A stretch of 64,000 bases of DNA, taken from NCBI GenBank assembly GCA_965220875.1, contig OZ244849.1, positions 1,815,606-1,879,605 of the forward strand, given 5' to 3'. The position numbers were made by a program, and so were the translations under genes. This document shows positions 47,528 through 57,535 of the stretch, piece by piece. Numbering within the stretch: position 1 is the stretch's first letter; each line of letters starts with the position of its first letter. The notes below the pieces were generated by a model. That model searched no databases and was not told the DNA's origin. It worked only from the letters and a program-made list of their open reading frames with translations. The DNA comes from Gammaproteobacteria bacterium (lineage in GTDB: Bacteria > Pseudomonadota > Gammaproteobacteria > UBA4575).

Positions 47528-49966
47528 TCACTTGAGCTTATTCATGCACGTATTTGTTTCATACGAAAAATCATCAACCATAATTGCAGATTGAGTAGCA
47601 ATGTGCGCCTTCTCCATCAATTCTGCTTCCTCCTCTGAAATCACGCCCTGGGCAACTGCTCCTTCTAACCAACTGTGAGTTGTACCCTGCTTAGGTGGAA
47701 TAATTCGAGCTTTTTTCAGTTTACGCTCTGCACCCTTTGCAGCGACTACTGCATCAAACGCATGCTGTACCCGCCCTATAGCATCTTGTGGGTCAGTACA
47801 TTTAAATATACCGTCTGTAAGCCTGTCCCGAACAGCTGAAGGTTCGATAAGAATTTTTGCTACGAGATGACCAATCGAGTCATCCGGGTAACGCAAGCTT
47901 TTGCCTGTTGGAAAAACGATAACCCGAAGTAACTGGCCCATGAAAGGTGAGGGAAAATTGCGCAAGACCTGATCTAGCGCATCCTGCGCCCTGTAAAGGC
48001 AATATCTGGCACTCCACTCCAAAAGTGGATAATCCGCTGCGGGTCGGCCTGTATCCTGGTAATACTTCAGCGCTGCAGAGCAAAGATACATATGGCCGAG
48101 AGCATCTGCGAAACGGCCTGACAGCTTCTCTTTTCGCTTGAGCTTTCCTCCCAGGAACAACATGGTTAAATCAGACGCAAATGCATAACTTGCACTCATC
48201 CTAGCCAAACACCTGAAATATCTGCTTGTAGGCCCCTGCTCCGGACTTGGTGCCAGCCAGCTTCGAGTTAATCCATACAGGAATGATCTGGCCCCGTTTC
48301 GAACCGTGTATCCAAGATGCTTGAACAAGGCCTGATCAAACTCTTTCAATCCTGCCTCCCGGTCAGAATTGGATGCTGCATTCATCTCAGCAACCAAATA
48401 CGGATGGCAACGCATCGCACCTTGGCCAAAAATTATCAGGCTACGGACGAGTATGTTAGCACCTTCAACAGTAATGCTGATCGGCATGGACTGATGCATG
48501 CGGCCAAGATAGTTGCTTGGTCCCAGGCAGATTCCACGCCCTCCATGCACATCCATTGCATCATTGACCACCTGACGCATTCCTTCCGTATTGTGATATT
48601 TAAGTATGGCCGTAGCCACGGAGGGCCTTTCACCATGGTCAATTGCTGAAGCAGTGAACCTGCGCCCAGCCTCCATCATATAAGTCAAACCCCCAATCCT
48701 GCATAAGGCCTCCTCAACCCCTTCAAATTTTCCAATAGGAATTCCGAACTGGTTGCGAATCCTGGCATATGCACCGGTCATATAACTGGTAAACTTTCCC
48801 GCACCTGCGCCTAGTGCTGGCAATGAGATTCCACGCCCCACGGAAAGGCATTCCACAAGCATGCGCCAACCCTTACCGATCTGTTTTTCCCCACCTATGA
48901 CCCAGTCAAGCGGGATAAATACATCCTCACCCCAGTTTGGCCCATTCTGAATGGATGAATTGAGAGGGTTGTGCCGAGTGCCAATGCTGACCCCCGAAAG
49001 GTTCGTGGGTATCAGTGCGCAGGTAATGCCAAGGTCTTCATGGTCACCTAGCAAGTGTTCAGGATCATAAACTTTGAATGCTAAGCCAAGTACGGTCGCA
49101 ACTGGCCCCAAAGTTATATAGCGTTTTGCCCAGTTCAGACGTAAACCCAAAACCTCTTCCCCTTCATGCTGTCCTTTGCAGACGACACCGGTATCAGATA
49201 TGGCACTTGCGTCCGAACCAGCATGAGGGCTAGTCAAGGCAAAACAGGGAATTTCATCTCCTACAGCGAGACGAGGCAGGTAATACTCTTTCTGCTCATC
49301 TGTTCCATAATGCAACAGGAGCTCTGCAGGTCCTAACGAGTTCGGCACCATAACTGTAACGGCTGCGCAGCTGCTACGGGAAGAAATTTTCATTACTACT
49401 GATGAATGAGCAACTGCGGAAAACTCCAAGCCACCGTATTTTTTCGGAATAATCATCCCAAAAAACTTATTTTTCTTAAGATACTCCCAAGATTCATAAG
49501 ACAAGTCATTGAAATCGTTAGTAATCTCCCAGTCATCAATCATCTGGCAAAACTCTTCAACTGGTCCGTCCAAAAATGCCTGTTCTTCTGACGAAAGCTC
49601 AGATGTCTTATGAACAAGAAGCTTGTGCCAGTCCGGGTTTCCCCGAAACAACTCTGCTTCCCACCAGGTAGTACCCGCCTCGACTGCCTCGCGCTCGGTA
49701 TCTGACATCGGTGGTAATACCCTTCGGATATAAGCAAGCATTGGCTTACTCAAAATTCTGACGCGCAACTCGTGTACATTGAGCAATGCAAGAAGAACAT
49801 ACAAAACCCAAATTAAAATCCCGAAAATTACTGATAAGTAACCTGTCAGCGTGAGAACCAATAGGCCACCGCCTACAACCAGAGTCCATATGAGATATGA
49901 CCATCCGACCTTTGCAAGTCCGAAAACCAAGCTGCCTATGGCTAACACCCAAACTATCAGGGTCAT
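47528..49966 (-). CDS. fadE: long-form acyl-CoA dehydrogenase FadE
   Basis: 812 aa. N-terminal TM helices, ACAD core (FALTSPHAGSDA), and the FadE-type C-terminal extension. Confidence 0.9.
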   Translation of the reverse strand: MTLIVWVLAIGSLVFGLAKVGWSYLIWTLVVGGGLLVLTLTGYLSVIFGILIWVLYVLLALLNVHELRVRILSKPMLAYIRRVLPPMSDTEREAVEAGTTWWEAELFRGNPDWHKLLVHKTSELSSEEQAFLDGPVEEFCQMIDDWEITNDFNDLSYESWEYLKKNKFFGMIIPKKYGGLEFSAVAHSSVVMKISSRSSCAAVTVMVPNSLGPAELLLHYGTDEQKEYYLPRLAVGDEIPCFALTSPHAGSDASAISDTGVVCKGQHEGEEVLGLRLNWAKRYITLGPVATVLGLAFKVYDPEHLLGDHEDLGITCALIPTNLSGVSIGTRHNPLNSSIQNGPNWGEDVFIPLDWVIGGEKQIGKGWRMLVECLSVGRGISLPALGAGAGKFTSYMTGAYARIRNQFGIPIGKFEGVEEALCRIGGLTYMMEAGRRFTASAIDHGERPSVATAILKYHNTEGMRQVVNDAMDVHGGRGICLGPSNYLGRMHQSMPISITVEGANILVRSLIIFGQGAMRCHPYLVAEMNAASNSDREAGLKEFDQALFKHLGYTVRNGARSFLYGLTRSWLAPSPEQGPTSRYFRCLARMSASYAFASDLTMLFLGGKLKRKEKLSGRFADALGHMYLCSAALKYYQDTGRPAADYPLLEWSARYCLYRAQDALDQVLRNFPSPFMGQLLRVIVFPTGKSLRYPDDSIGHLVAKILIEPSAVRDRLTDGIFKCTDPQDAIGRVQHAFDAVVAAKGAERKLKKARIIPPKQGTTHSWLEGAVAQGVISEEEAELMEKAHIATQSAIMVDDFSYETNTCMNKLK

Positions 49967-50273
49967 CAGTAACTCCTTGAACCGTGTCCTAACTTAGCTC
50001 ACATGAATTGACAATATTGTAATGCAATTGGCCGCGACAGTTCTCCTGCCTAGCCGAACCGTCGCCCGTTGAGAACCATCCAACATCAATACAGCAAGGA
50101 TTTGCAAAATGCAGACAAGCACTACTGATTAACTTGAACGCCCTATAATGTTGCATTGAACGAGCATCTACTGAAATGTACTTGGACTATGTACAAGCCA
50201 GTATCTGCTGAAAAGCAGATTTCGTACCCAGCAACTCGTAATTATAATAGGCAGAAGAATAACTGAGGAATAT

Positions 50274-51560
50274 TTGATGGTAATAACAGACCCAAACCAT
50301 GATTCCAGCTGCATGGATGACTTTGATCCAGCATCACTGGATGCCGAACAAGCCTTGTCGCAAATATTGAATACAGTACAAGCTATTCAGCAAACCGAAA
50401 CTGTACCAATTCGAAAAGCATTGGGACGTTTGGTCGCGGATGCCATTTGCTCAAGAATCAATGTGCCAGGTCATACAAATTCAGCAATGGATGGCTACGC
50501 GATCCGAGGAACAGATATTCCTGCCCAAAGTCAACATGCCTTGACAGTCATAGGTACCTCATGGGCAGGCCAGCCTTACCAAGGACCTATTGAGAGTGGC
50601 GAATGCGTTCGAATCATGACTGGCGCTGCTCTGCCTGATTCGTCAGATACCGTAGTGATACAGGAGCGTGTCAGAATCAAAGGAAACAGGGTCTATATTG
50701 ACTCCAACAATTCGCCTGGACAGAACGTACGGCTTGCAGGTGAAGATATCAAGGCTGGTGATACAGTGATAAACCAGGGAAAGCACATTGGTCCAGCAGA
50801 GCTAGGGTTGCTGGCTTCCATCGGTGTCAATGAAGTGGTTGTTTTCAGAAAATTGAAGGTTGCCTTCTTTTCGACTGGTAACGAACTTCGCCAGGTGGGC
50901 GAAAAGCTGAGCAAGGGCCAGATATATGACAGCAACCGCTATACCCTCTACGGGATGCTGTCTCGCTTAGGGGTCGAAATTCATGACATGGGCGTAGTCA
51001 AGGATGAAAGAAACGCGATAGAAAATGCGCTTTCTGATGCAGCGAACCAGGCTGATGTCATCATCACCTCAGGCGGTGTATCTGTGGGCGAAGCGGACTT
51101 TGTAAAAGAAACCATGCAGAAAATTGGTACAGTGAATTTCTGGAAAGTCGCCATGAAACCAGGCAGACCCCTGGCATTTGGAAGTATCGCCAATTCTTGG
51201 TTTTTTGGGCTTCCAGGCAATCCAGTTTCTGTCATGGTCACATTTTATCTATTCGTGAAACCGGCGTTAAGGAAAATCATGGGCGGCATCCACAACGAGC
51301 CGTTTACAATCACTGCAACCTGCTCCTCCAGATTACGGAAGAGGCCTGGGCGCGTTGAATACCAGAGAGGTATCTTGACACGATCAGACAGTACTCCGGT
51401 AGATGAATCAGAATACACTGTATCTAAAACAGGGCCGCAGGGCTCGGGTGTCTTGCGTTCCATGACAGAAGCAAACTGTTTCATCATACTGCCTGTCGAT
51501 TCTTCCGGTATTGATGCGGGTGATACAGTCCAAGTGCTGCCATTCGAGGCAGTAGTCTAA
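50274..51560 (+). CDS. moeA: molybdopterin molybdenumtransferase
   Basis: 428 aa. NSAMDGYA and ITSGGVSVGEADF. ATG at 50277 directly follows the TTG. Confidence 0.9.
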   Translation: MMVITDPNHDSSCMDDFDPASLDAEQALSQILNTVQAIQQTETVPIRKALGRLVADAICSRINVPGHTNSAMDGYAIRGTDIPAQSQHALTVIGTSWAGQPYQGPIESGECVRIMTGAALPDSSDTVVIQERVRIKGNRVYIDSNNSPGQNVRLAGEDIKAGDTVINQGKHIGPAELGLLASIGVNEVVVFRKLKVAFFSTGNELRQVGEKLSKGQIYDSNRYTLYGMLSRLGVEIHDMGVVKDERNAIENALSDAANQADVIITSGGVSVGEADFVKETMQKIGTVNFWKVAMKPGRPLAFGSIANSWFFGLPGNPVSVMVTFYLFVKPALRKIMGGIHNEPFTITATCSSRLRKRPGRVEYQRGILTRSDSTPVDESEYTVSKTGPQGSGVLRSMTEANCFIILPVDSSGIDAGDTVQVLPFEAVV

Positions 51561-51665
51561 GCCGACCCCGAAATATTTCTGAACCGGACCAAGTAAACTC
51601 CTAGAATCCCATGCACCTGTAAGAGAAACACAGGATCTTCCCGGACCTTATAGGATTGGCTTGCC

Positions 51666-52094
51666 TTATTTTCCAGGTACCCAGCGTTCCTGTGTCTTCA
51701 AATTTTCCTTCTTCCATATCGGTGCCTTGGACTTTAAATCTTCCATGATAAAACGATTGGCCTCATACGCGGCTGCCCGATGCGCCGACCATACTGCAAT
51801 ACATACAATGGGTTCACCGGGAAATACACGGCCAGTGCGGTGCAGCAACAAGACATCCAGGATTTCCCACCTATCAGCAGCCTCCTGTGCAATCTGCAGC
51901 AAGTGGTTTTGGGTCATTTCAGGATAATGCTCCAAGTACATTGAAAATATTTCATTACCTTTATTGAAATCTCTCATGGTACCGACAAATACTGCAGTAG
52001 CCCCAAACTTCCCAGGTTTACTCAGTTGCAGATCCTGATAGCTCTTGACTTCCTGCCAAGGATCAAATTTGGCATCCCGTATCTCTACTTTCAT
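51666..52094 (-). CDS. moaE: molybdopterin synthase catalytic subunit
   Basis: 142 aa. GA...F.G..R...........LEHYP.M and IWKKE. Confidence 0.85.
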   Translation of the reverse strand: MKVEIRDAKFDPWQEVKSYQDLQLSKPGKFGATAVFVGTMRDFNKGNEIFSMYLEHYPEMTQNHLLQIAQEAADRWEILDVLLLHRTGRVFPGEPIVCIAVWSAHRAAAYEANRFIMEDLKSKAPIWKKENLKTQERWVPGK

Positions 52095-52185
52095 GATCTA
52101 GCGCATCACCCCAAAAACAGTTCTCTATATAACGTATACATAATACTGTACATTATGAATCATAATCATCCATGGAGAAGCAAGA

Positions 52186-52704
52186 ATGAAGAAGGAAGAA
52201 AAACGTGAATTTGTTCCTTTGGAAATTGCTGTCCTGACAATTTCTGACACACGTACAGAAGACAATGACCAGTCAGGGAAAATCCTGTGCGATAGACTAC
52301 AGCGCGGCCGCCACAAGATCTTTGAAAAGGTGATTGTCCCCGATGACGTGTACAAAATCAGGGCTATTGTATCGCCTTGGATTGCCGAACCCAAGCCTGA
52401 TGTCATCATAACTACTGGGGGTACCGGAGTTACCGGTCGAGACGGAACCCCTGAAGCAATCAGGCCTCTCCTGGACAAGGAAATTTCCGGGTTTGGTGAA
52501 ATGTTCCGAGTATTGTCTTTTGAGGTAATAAAAGCCTCTACCTTGCAGTCACGCACCATGGCTGGAGTTGCAAACCGAACATATATATTCTGTCTGCCTG
52601 GTTCTGCAAGTGCGTGTGCCGATGCGTGGGACAAGCTTCTTGCCCAGCAGCTAGACTACCGAACCCGCCCATGCAATCTGGTTGAATTGATGCCTAGACT
52701 GTAA
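52186..52704 (+). CDS. moaB: molybdenum cofactor biosynthesis protein B
   Basis: 172 aa. ITTGGTGVTGRDGTPEA. Confidence 0.85.
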   Translation: MKKEEKREFVPLEIAVLTISDTRTEDNDQSGKILCDRLQRGRHKIFEKVIVPDDVYKIRAIVSPWIAEPKPDVIITTGGTGVTGRDGTPEAIRPLLDKEISGFGEMFRVLSFEVIKASTLQSRTMAGVANRTYIFCLPGSASACADAWDKLLAQQLDYRTRPCNLVELMPRL

Positions 52705-52758
52705 CAACAGACTGCATCCTTGAATATTTTTTCAACTTCCAGGCATCCTGAATAACAA

Positions 52759-53796
52759 GTGGTGCACTCCCATAAGTTGATCCCCGAATGGGAACGACAA
52801 GACGCCATAATCATCGTTTGGCCCCACCTGCATTCTGACTGGGCAAACATCATCAATCAGATAGAAGCAACCTATCTAGACCTGTGCAAATACACCTGCA
52901 AACGACAGCTCGTCATAATCGTTGCCTATGATGCTGCACACAAATCTCATATAGAACAAAGGTTAAGTTATGTCTCGGCTTGTGCCGATAACATTACATT
53001 TGTAGCAATTCCCACTAATGACACCTGGGTGCGCGATTATGGCCCTTTCTGCACCAGTGATGGAAACAGGCAATGCTTACTGGATTTTGAGTTCAATGGT
53101 TGGGGACATAGACAGTACAACTACTCACTTGATAATTCATTCAACGCCCGGTTAATCAAGCATCTGAATTTTAAGGCTGCATACACACCGGTCAGTCAAA
53201 TCCTTGAGGCAGGTAACATTGAAATAAACAGTCATGGTGAACTGCTGTGTTCAAAAAACTGTTTCATGCAAAACAGCCGCACACCCAGGACAGAGATTCA
53301 CAAGCTCGAAGAACAACTCGAGCACTGGTTAGGATGCAGCAAAATTTACTGGCTGGAAAATGTTCAGCTTGCCGGTGACGATACTTTTGGGCATGTGGAC
53401 ACGCTTGCCAGATTTTGCTCTGACGACATTATCGTACACGCCATTTCTAGCAATTGCGATGACCCTAACCGGGATGCGACAAACCAACTGGTAGCGCAAC
53501 TGCAGGCTATAAAGCGCCAAAGTCATAACCGATTTGAGCTCATCCCTCTGCCACTACCTGAGCCACTGTATTTTTCAGGCCAACAACTGCCTGCAACGTA
53601 TACAAATTTTCTTATTACAAATAGTTCTGTACTGGTTCCTGTGTTTAATGACAAACAAGATTGTCAAATTCTCAAGCTCTTTGACGAACTGTTTCCTGAC
53701 AGAGAAATATTTGATATTGAATGCTGTACTTTGATTCGGCAATACGGCGGGTTACACTGTGCCACCATGCAAATACCTGAAGGGTTCATGACATGA
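52759..53796 (+). CDS. aguA: agmatine deiminase
   Basis: 345 aa. PEWERQDAIIIVWPH, TNDTWVRDYGP, and the C-terminal catalytic-Cys context GGLHCATMQ. GTG start. Confidence 0.88.
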   Translation: MVHSHKLIPEWERQDAIIIVWPHLHSDWANIINQIEATYLDLCKYTCKRQLVIIVAYDAAHKSHIEQRLSYVSACADNITFVAIPTNDTWVRDYGPFCTSDGNRQCLLDFEFNGWGHRQYNYSLDNSFNARLIKHLNFKAAYTPVSQILEAGNIEINSHGELLCSKNCFMQNSRTPRTEIHKLEEQLEHWLGCSKIYWLENVQLAGDDTFGHVDTLARFCSDDIIVHAISSNCDDPNRDATNQLVAQLQAIKRQSHNRFELIPLPLPEPLYFSGQQLPATYTNFLITNSSVLVPVFNDKQDCQILKLFDELFPDREIFDIECCTLIRQYGGLHCATMQIPEGFMT

Positions 53797-54680
53797 ACTT
53801 CATTCATGCCGCTTTGGTACAACAGCGCATGAATGCTGATTACCAGCACAATCTTGAAACAAGCCTGAAGGAGATACAGGCGGCTGCAAATATGGGTGCC
53901 AAGCTGGTTGTGCTGTGTGAATTGCATACAAGCCTGTATTTTTGCCAAGAAGAATCAGCTGAGTATTTCAGGCTTGCCCAAACAATACCTGGCCCGCTTA
54001 CAGACCAGCTTGCTTCTGCAGCAAAGCAAAACAGTATAGTTGTAGTAGGGTCCGTGTTTGAAAAGCGAACCAGGGGCCTATATCACAATACTGCCGTCGT
54101 TCTAGACCAGGACGGAAGTCTCGCAGGAACTTACAGGAAAATGCATATACCAGATGGCCCAAGTTACCATGAGAAATACTATTTTGCTTTTGGAGACTCA
54201 GGATTCAAGCCAATACAGACTTCGATAGGAAAGCTGGGTGTTATGGTCTGCTGGGACCAGTGGTTTCCTGAAGCAGCACGTCTGATGACCCTGGCAGGAG
54301 CAGAAATGCTGATTTACCCGTCTGCCATTGGCTGGAGCCACGAGGATCCGGAAGATGATAAATACCGCCAGTCTGACTCCTGGAGGATTATCCAGCAAAG
54401 CCATGCAATCGCAAATAATGTACCGGTTCTCTGCGTAAACCGCGTTGGATATGAACCTGACCCATCAGGACAAACCAAGGGAATCAACTTCTGGGGACAG
54501 TCTTTTGGCACTGACTCGGCAGGAGATATTATTGTCCAATGTTCTGGAAATTGTGCTGAAACACAGTACGCTAGAGTGGACTTGGCACATACCGAATACC
54601 TCAGACAGACTTGGCCTTATTTGCGGGACAGGCGAATTGACGCTTACCAGGGCCTCGAAAAGAGGCTAATTGACGAGTGA
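53793..54680 (+). CDS. aguB: N-carbamoylputrescine amidase (nitrilase superfamily)
   Basis: 295 aa. Catalytic CWDQWFPE and YRKMHIP. Overlaps aguA by 4 nt. Confidence 0.9.
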   Translation: MNFIHAALVQQRMNADYQHNLETSLKEIQAAANMGAKLVVLCELHTSLYFCQEESAEYFRLAQTIPGPLTDQLASAAKQNSIVVVGSVFEKRTRGLYHNTAVVLDQDGSLAGTYRKMHIPDGPSYHEKYYFAFGDSGFKPIQTSIGKLGVMVCWDQWFPEAARLMTLAGAEMLIYPSAIGWSHEDPEDDKYRQSDSWRIIQQSHAIANNVPVLCVNRVGYEPDPSGQTKGINFWGQSFGTDSAGDIIVQCSGNCAETQYARVDLAHTEYLRQTWPYLRDRRIDAYQGLEKRLIDE

Positions 54681-54690
54681 TCCCATGCCC

Positions 54691-54918
54691 TTAATCCCTG
54701 CGTGAAGAAATCCACGCCTTGAAATTACTTACACTCAAAACAAGTAATCCAAGTGCGACAAGTGCAATGACAATCAGTACAAGCAGTCCTGAACTTCCTT
54801 TCAGGGCATGCCCGAATAAGTCGACTTGATCAGTTTCACGATAGTGGAAATATTTTGGTACCAAACGTGAAACGAACAACGCACAGACAAGGATATGTAT
54901 GACTCCCTTGAACAGCAT
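54691..54918 (-). CDS. small two-TM membrane protein
   Basis: Start taken at the internal ATG (MLFKGVIHILVCALF...), giving 75 aa, directly after the upstream small ORF. Confidence 0.35.
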   Translation of the reverse strand: MLFKGVIHILVCALFVSRLVPKYFHYRETDQVDLFGHALKGSSGLLVLIVIALVALGLLVLSVSNFKAWISSRRD

Positions 54919-54923
54919 CTGGA

Positions 54924-55166
54924 CTAACTCATGCCTAGCATGACGAGGTAAGGAACAAGATATAACAGTACTGTGGCTAGCTTGTACATCCCCATCAACA
55001 AGTAGCACACCCTGTCAAAATCTTCCACGGGTATTTGAAACCACTTGGCATGAAAACTGTAAATCCAGTCATGCGCAGTTATGAATACCAAGAACCAGAC
55101 TGCTAGCACGCCAAAATTGGTTAACGCACACCAGCCCAGTACATGACGCATATGGTCAAAGTCCAT
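54924..55166 (-). CDS. small two-TM membrane protein
   Basis: 80 aa: MDFDHMRHVLGWCALTNFGVLAVWFLVF...YKLATVLLYLVPYLV. Confidence 0.45.
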   Translation of the reverse strand: MDFDHMRHVLGWCALTNFGVLAVWFLVFITAHDWIYSFHAKWFQIPVEDFDRVCYLLMGMYKLATVLLYLVPYLVMLGMS

Positions 55167-55284
55167 GACAAGACCGCCTGCCAGTTACAAATTGCATGAT
55201 CTGAATGTTAATTTGAATAACGCGCTACACAATTGCTTTGTTTGATAGTACCGAACTACAAGCGGCTGCTCTGATGCAAGAAAT

Positions 55285-56532
55285 TCAAGGTGCAATCGTA
55301 CTGATCAATACGGTCACGGGCGTTGTGCTCTGGGTATTAACCGCCCCTGCACTACCATACAGGTCACCAGTCTGCATAATTGCTTTCCCGGACTTCGAGA
55401 TTCTAGCTATTACTTCCACCTGCTCGACACCGGACAAAGTCATGCCCGGTATCATTGCCATGGAATCATTCAGAGTAACGGTTGCAGGCAAACTTGCAGC
55501 AGTCATTTTGGCTAACGCTAATGGCATTGGGGGGCCATTTACTGCACGGGCATAAACGAAAAGCGTATCGGATTTTTTCACATATTCCTGTAAAGATTCA
55601 TTGATCGATACGTGTACGACTATGGAAGCACTTCCTCTTGCTTCCTCATTCGGATACAACCCCTGCTCAACACCCTGCGCAGTGCTAACTTGTGCCATGG
55701 CTTTTTGTTTTGCATCATTTAGATAAGCAAGCAAAGCGGTACGTGCCTCTTCTTGGCCACTCGGTATTTGCTGCAGCAGTTTATCCCAGTGCGTCACAGC
55801 ACTTTTATAGTCATGAAGCTGATACGCGGCATATCCTGCATACCACAAAGCGCGCTCATGTGCAGGATCAACTCTTAAAGCCCGAACGAACAGAGTCATA
55901 ACTTCTTTGCTGAATTGGTGTCCTGAAGCAAATACTTGCGCCTCGGCATAAGCAACCATTACATCTGGATCGGCACCGTTTGACAATTCGTATGCCCGTT
56001 CAAATGCCGATACGGCTTGGCCTGACCTCCCTAATGCCATGAAGGACCTACCCAACATGAGCCAACCCTCAAGATTCGCAGGATCAGCTTGCAGCTTTCG
56101 TTCTAGATTCATAATTGCCTGCTGTGCGGATGACATGTTCCCTTGCTGAACAAGCATCGACTGCGAATCATCTGACAGCAAAACCAAGCCATTGCTGATC
56201 TTAAGGTATAAAAATACAGACAATGCCGGGACAGCGATCAGGATCAGCATAGGTAACAATTTGCCGCTGCCTTTCTCTAGAGGCTCATTGGAGTATTCAA
56301 GATCATCAATCAGCGCACGCTGCAAGTCTGTTCGAGCAGCTTGCAGTTGCTCGGCATCAATGAGTCCACGTTCAAAATCTTCCTCCAGCTCTACAAGCTT
56401 CCTTTCAAAAACTGCCTTGTTCACAGACTGATGGCTGATTTCCCGTTTAGAACTTTTCCCGAACAGCGGTGGCAAAATAAGTAACAGGGCAGCTGCAAGC
56501 AACAGCGAACAAATCAACCAGAAGGCTAGCAT
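55285..56532 (-). CDS. ccmI: cytochrome c-type biogenesis protein CcmI (TPR)
   Basis: 415 aa. N-terminal TM pair, TPR repeats, last gene of the ccm operon. Confidence 0.8.
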   Translation of the reverse strand: MLAFWLICSLLLAAALLLILPPLFGKSSKREISHQSVNKAVFERKLVELEEDFERGLIDAEQLQAARTDLQRALIDDLEYSNEPLEKGSGKLLPMLILIAVPALSVFLYLKISNGLVLLSDDSQSMLVQQGNMSSAQQAIMNLERKLQADPANLEGWLMLGRSFMALGRSGQAVSAFERAYELSNGADPDVMVAYAEAQVFASGHQFSKEVMTLFVRALRVDPAHERALWYAGYAAYQLHDYKSAVTHWDKLLQQIPSGQEEARTALLAYLNDAKQKAMAQVSTAQGVEQGLYPNEEARGSASIVVHVSINESLQEYVKKSDTLFVYARAVNGPPMPLALAKMTAASLPATVTLNDSMAMIPGMTLSGVEQVEVIARISKSGKAIMQTGDLYGSAGAVNTQSTTPVTVLISTIAP

Positions 56533-56538
56533 GTGAAT

Positions 56539-56994
56539 CTAATCTTCAGACTTGCCGAGGATAGTATTGACTTTCATCTTCTCTTCTTCTGTAAGGGGCA
56601 TGTTTCCCACGCTTCGCTGGCCCCTCAAGACTCGTGCCAAAACCAGAAGTGCAATGCCCAGAAAGACAAATGGGCCAAACCAGAGCAGTAGAGTCCTGGG
56701 TTTTAAAGGAGGTCTGTACAACACAAAATCGCCATATCTGCTTGCCATGAAATCGATAATCTCGGAATCTGTAGCACCTTCAAGTAGCATTTTCTTGACT
56801 TCAGCCCGCAGGTCCTTGGCCAAATCTGCATTGGATTCTGCAATCGTCTGGTTTTGGCAAACCAGACAGCGCAGCTCGTTCAGAATAGAGTGATAACGGT
56901 TTTCAAAATCTGATTCAGCAGTCAATGGCTTAGCTGAAACGGTTACGCAAATCAATAATCCGAATCCGAGAACAACACTACAGGCTCGATTCAT
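56539..56994 (-). CDS. ccmH: cytochrome c-type biogenesis protein CcmH
   Basis: 151 aa. LRCLVCQNQTIAESNA (CXXC). Confidence 0.88.
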   Translation of the reverse strand: MNRACSVVLGFGLLICVTVSAKPLTAESDFENRYHSILNELRCLVCQNQTIAESNADLAKDLRAEVKKMLLEGATDSEIIDFMASRYGDFVLYRPPLKPRTLLLWFGPFVFLGIALLVLARVLRGQRSVGNMPLTEEEKMKVNTILGKSED

Positions 56995-56995
56995 C

Positions 56996-57529
56996 TCACA
57001 TGCTCTCGTTATGCAATTGCCGAATCAGGGGCAGCAAAGTCAGTTGCACATCATTTCGGGTGATAACCCCGATATGCTTATGACGAATCACTCCCTGCTT
57101 ATCTATGATGAATGTCTCGGGTACACCATATACACCCCAGTCAATGCCTACCCGGCCAGTTGCGTCCACAGCGCTGGCTTCAAAGGGATCACCATGTTCT
57201 ATCAAATAACGCCTTGCTTCAGAGATTTCATCCTTGTAATTCAAACCGTACACTGTCACCGCCTTCGAATTAGACAACTCAACGAGCAGGGGATGCTCCT
57301 GGCGGCAGGCCAAACACCAAGTTGCCCAAACATTGAATAAGGATACCTTTCCTGCAAACTCCGATTCCGAAAATTCGATTTCATTATCCCAGAGTCGTGG
57401 CAAAGTAAATTGAGGCACTGGCTTCCCAACCAGGGGAGACGATACTGCGGTAGGATCTTTATATAACCCGGCTACCAAAAATCCGGCTAAAACGAAAAAA
57501 ACAATAACTGGAATGAAGTACTTGAACAT
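56996..57529 (-). CDS. ccmG: thiol:disulfide interchange protein DsbE/CcmG
   Basis: 177 aa. NVWATWCLACRQEHP and GVYGVPETF. Confidence 0.9.
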   Translation of the reverse strand: MFKYFIPVIVFFVLAGFLVAGLYKDPTAVSSPLVGKPVPQFTLPRLWDNEIEFSESEFAGKVSLFNVWATWCLACRQEHPLLVELSNSKAVTVYGLNYKDEISEARRYLIEHGDPFEASAVDATGRVGIDWGVYGVPETFIIDKQGVIRHKHIGVITRNDVQLTLLPLIRQLHNESM

Positions 57530-57535
57530 GGTAAA

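Noticed and set aside
52128-52160. TATATA..TACATA and CATAAT-N7-ATTATG motifs between moaE and moaB, considered as a ModE-type operator. I also looked for a Moco riboswitch upstream of moeA (49967-50273).
   Set aside because: Half-site spacing does not fit the TATATA-N6-TATATA arrangement I recall for ModE. No Moco-riboswitch core was recognisable, and AT-rich promoter DNA yields such patterns by chance.
51561-52185. moaD is absent next to moaE.
   Set aside because: The 90-nt space upstream of moaE cannot hold moaD, but unlinked moaD genes are common. This is not informative within one window.
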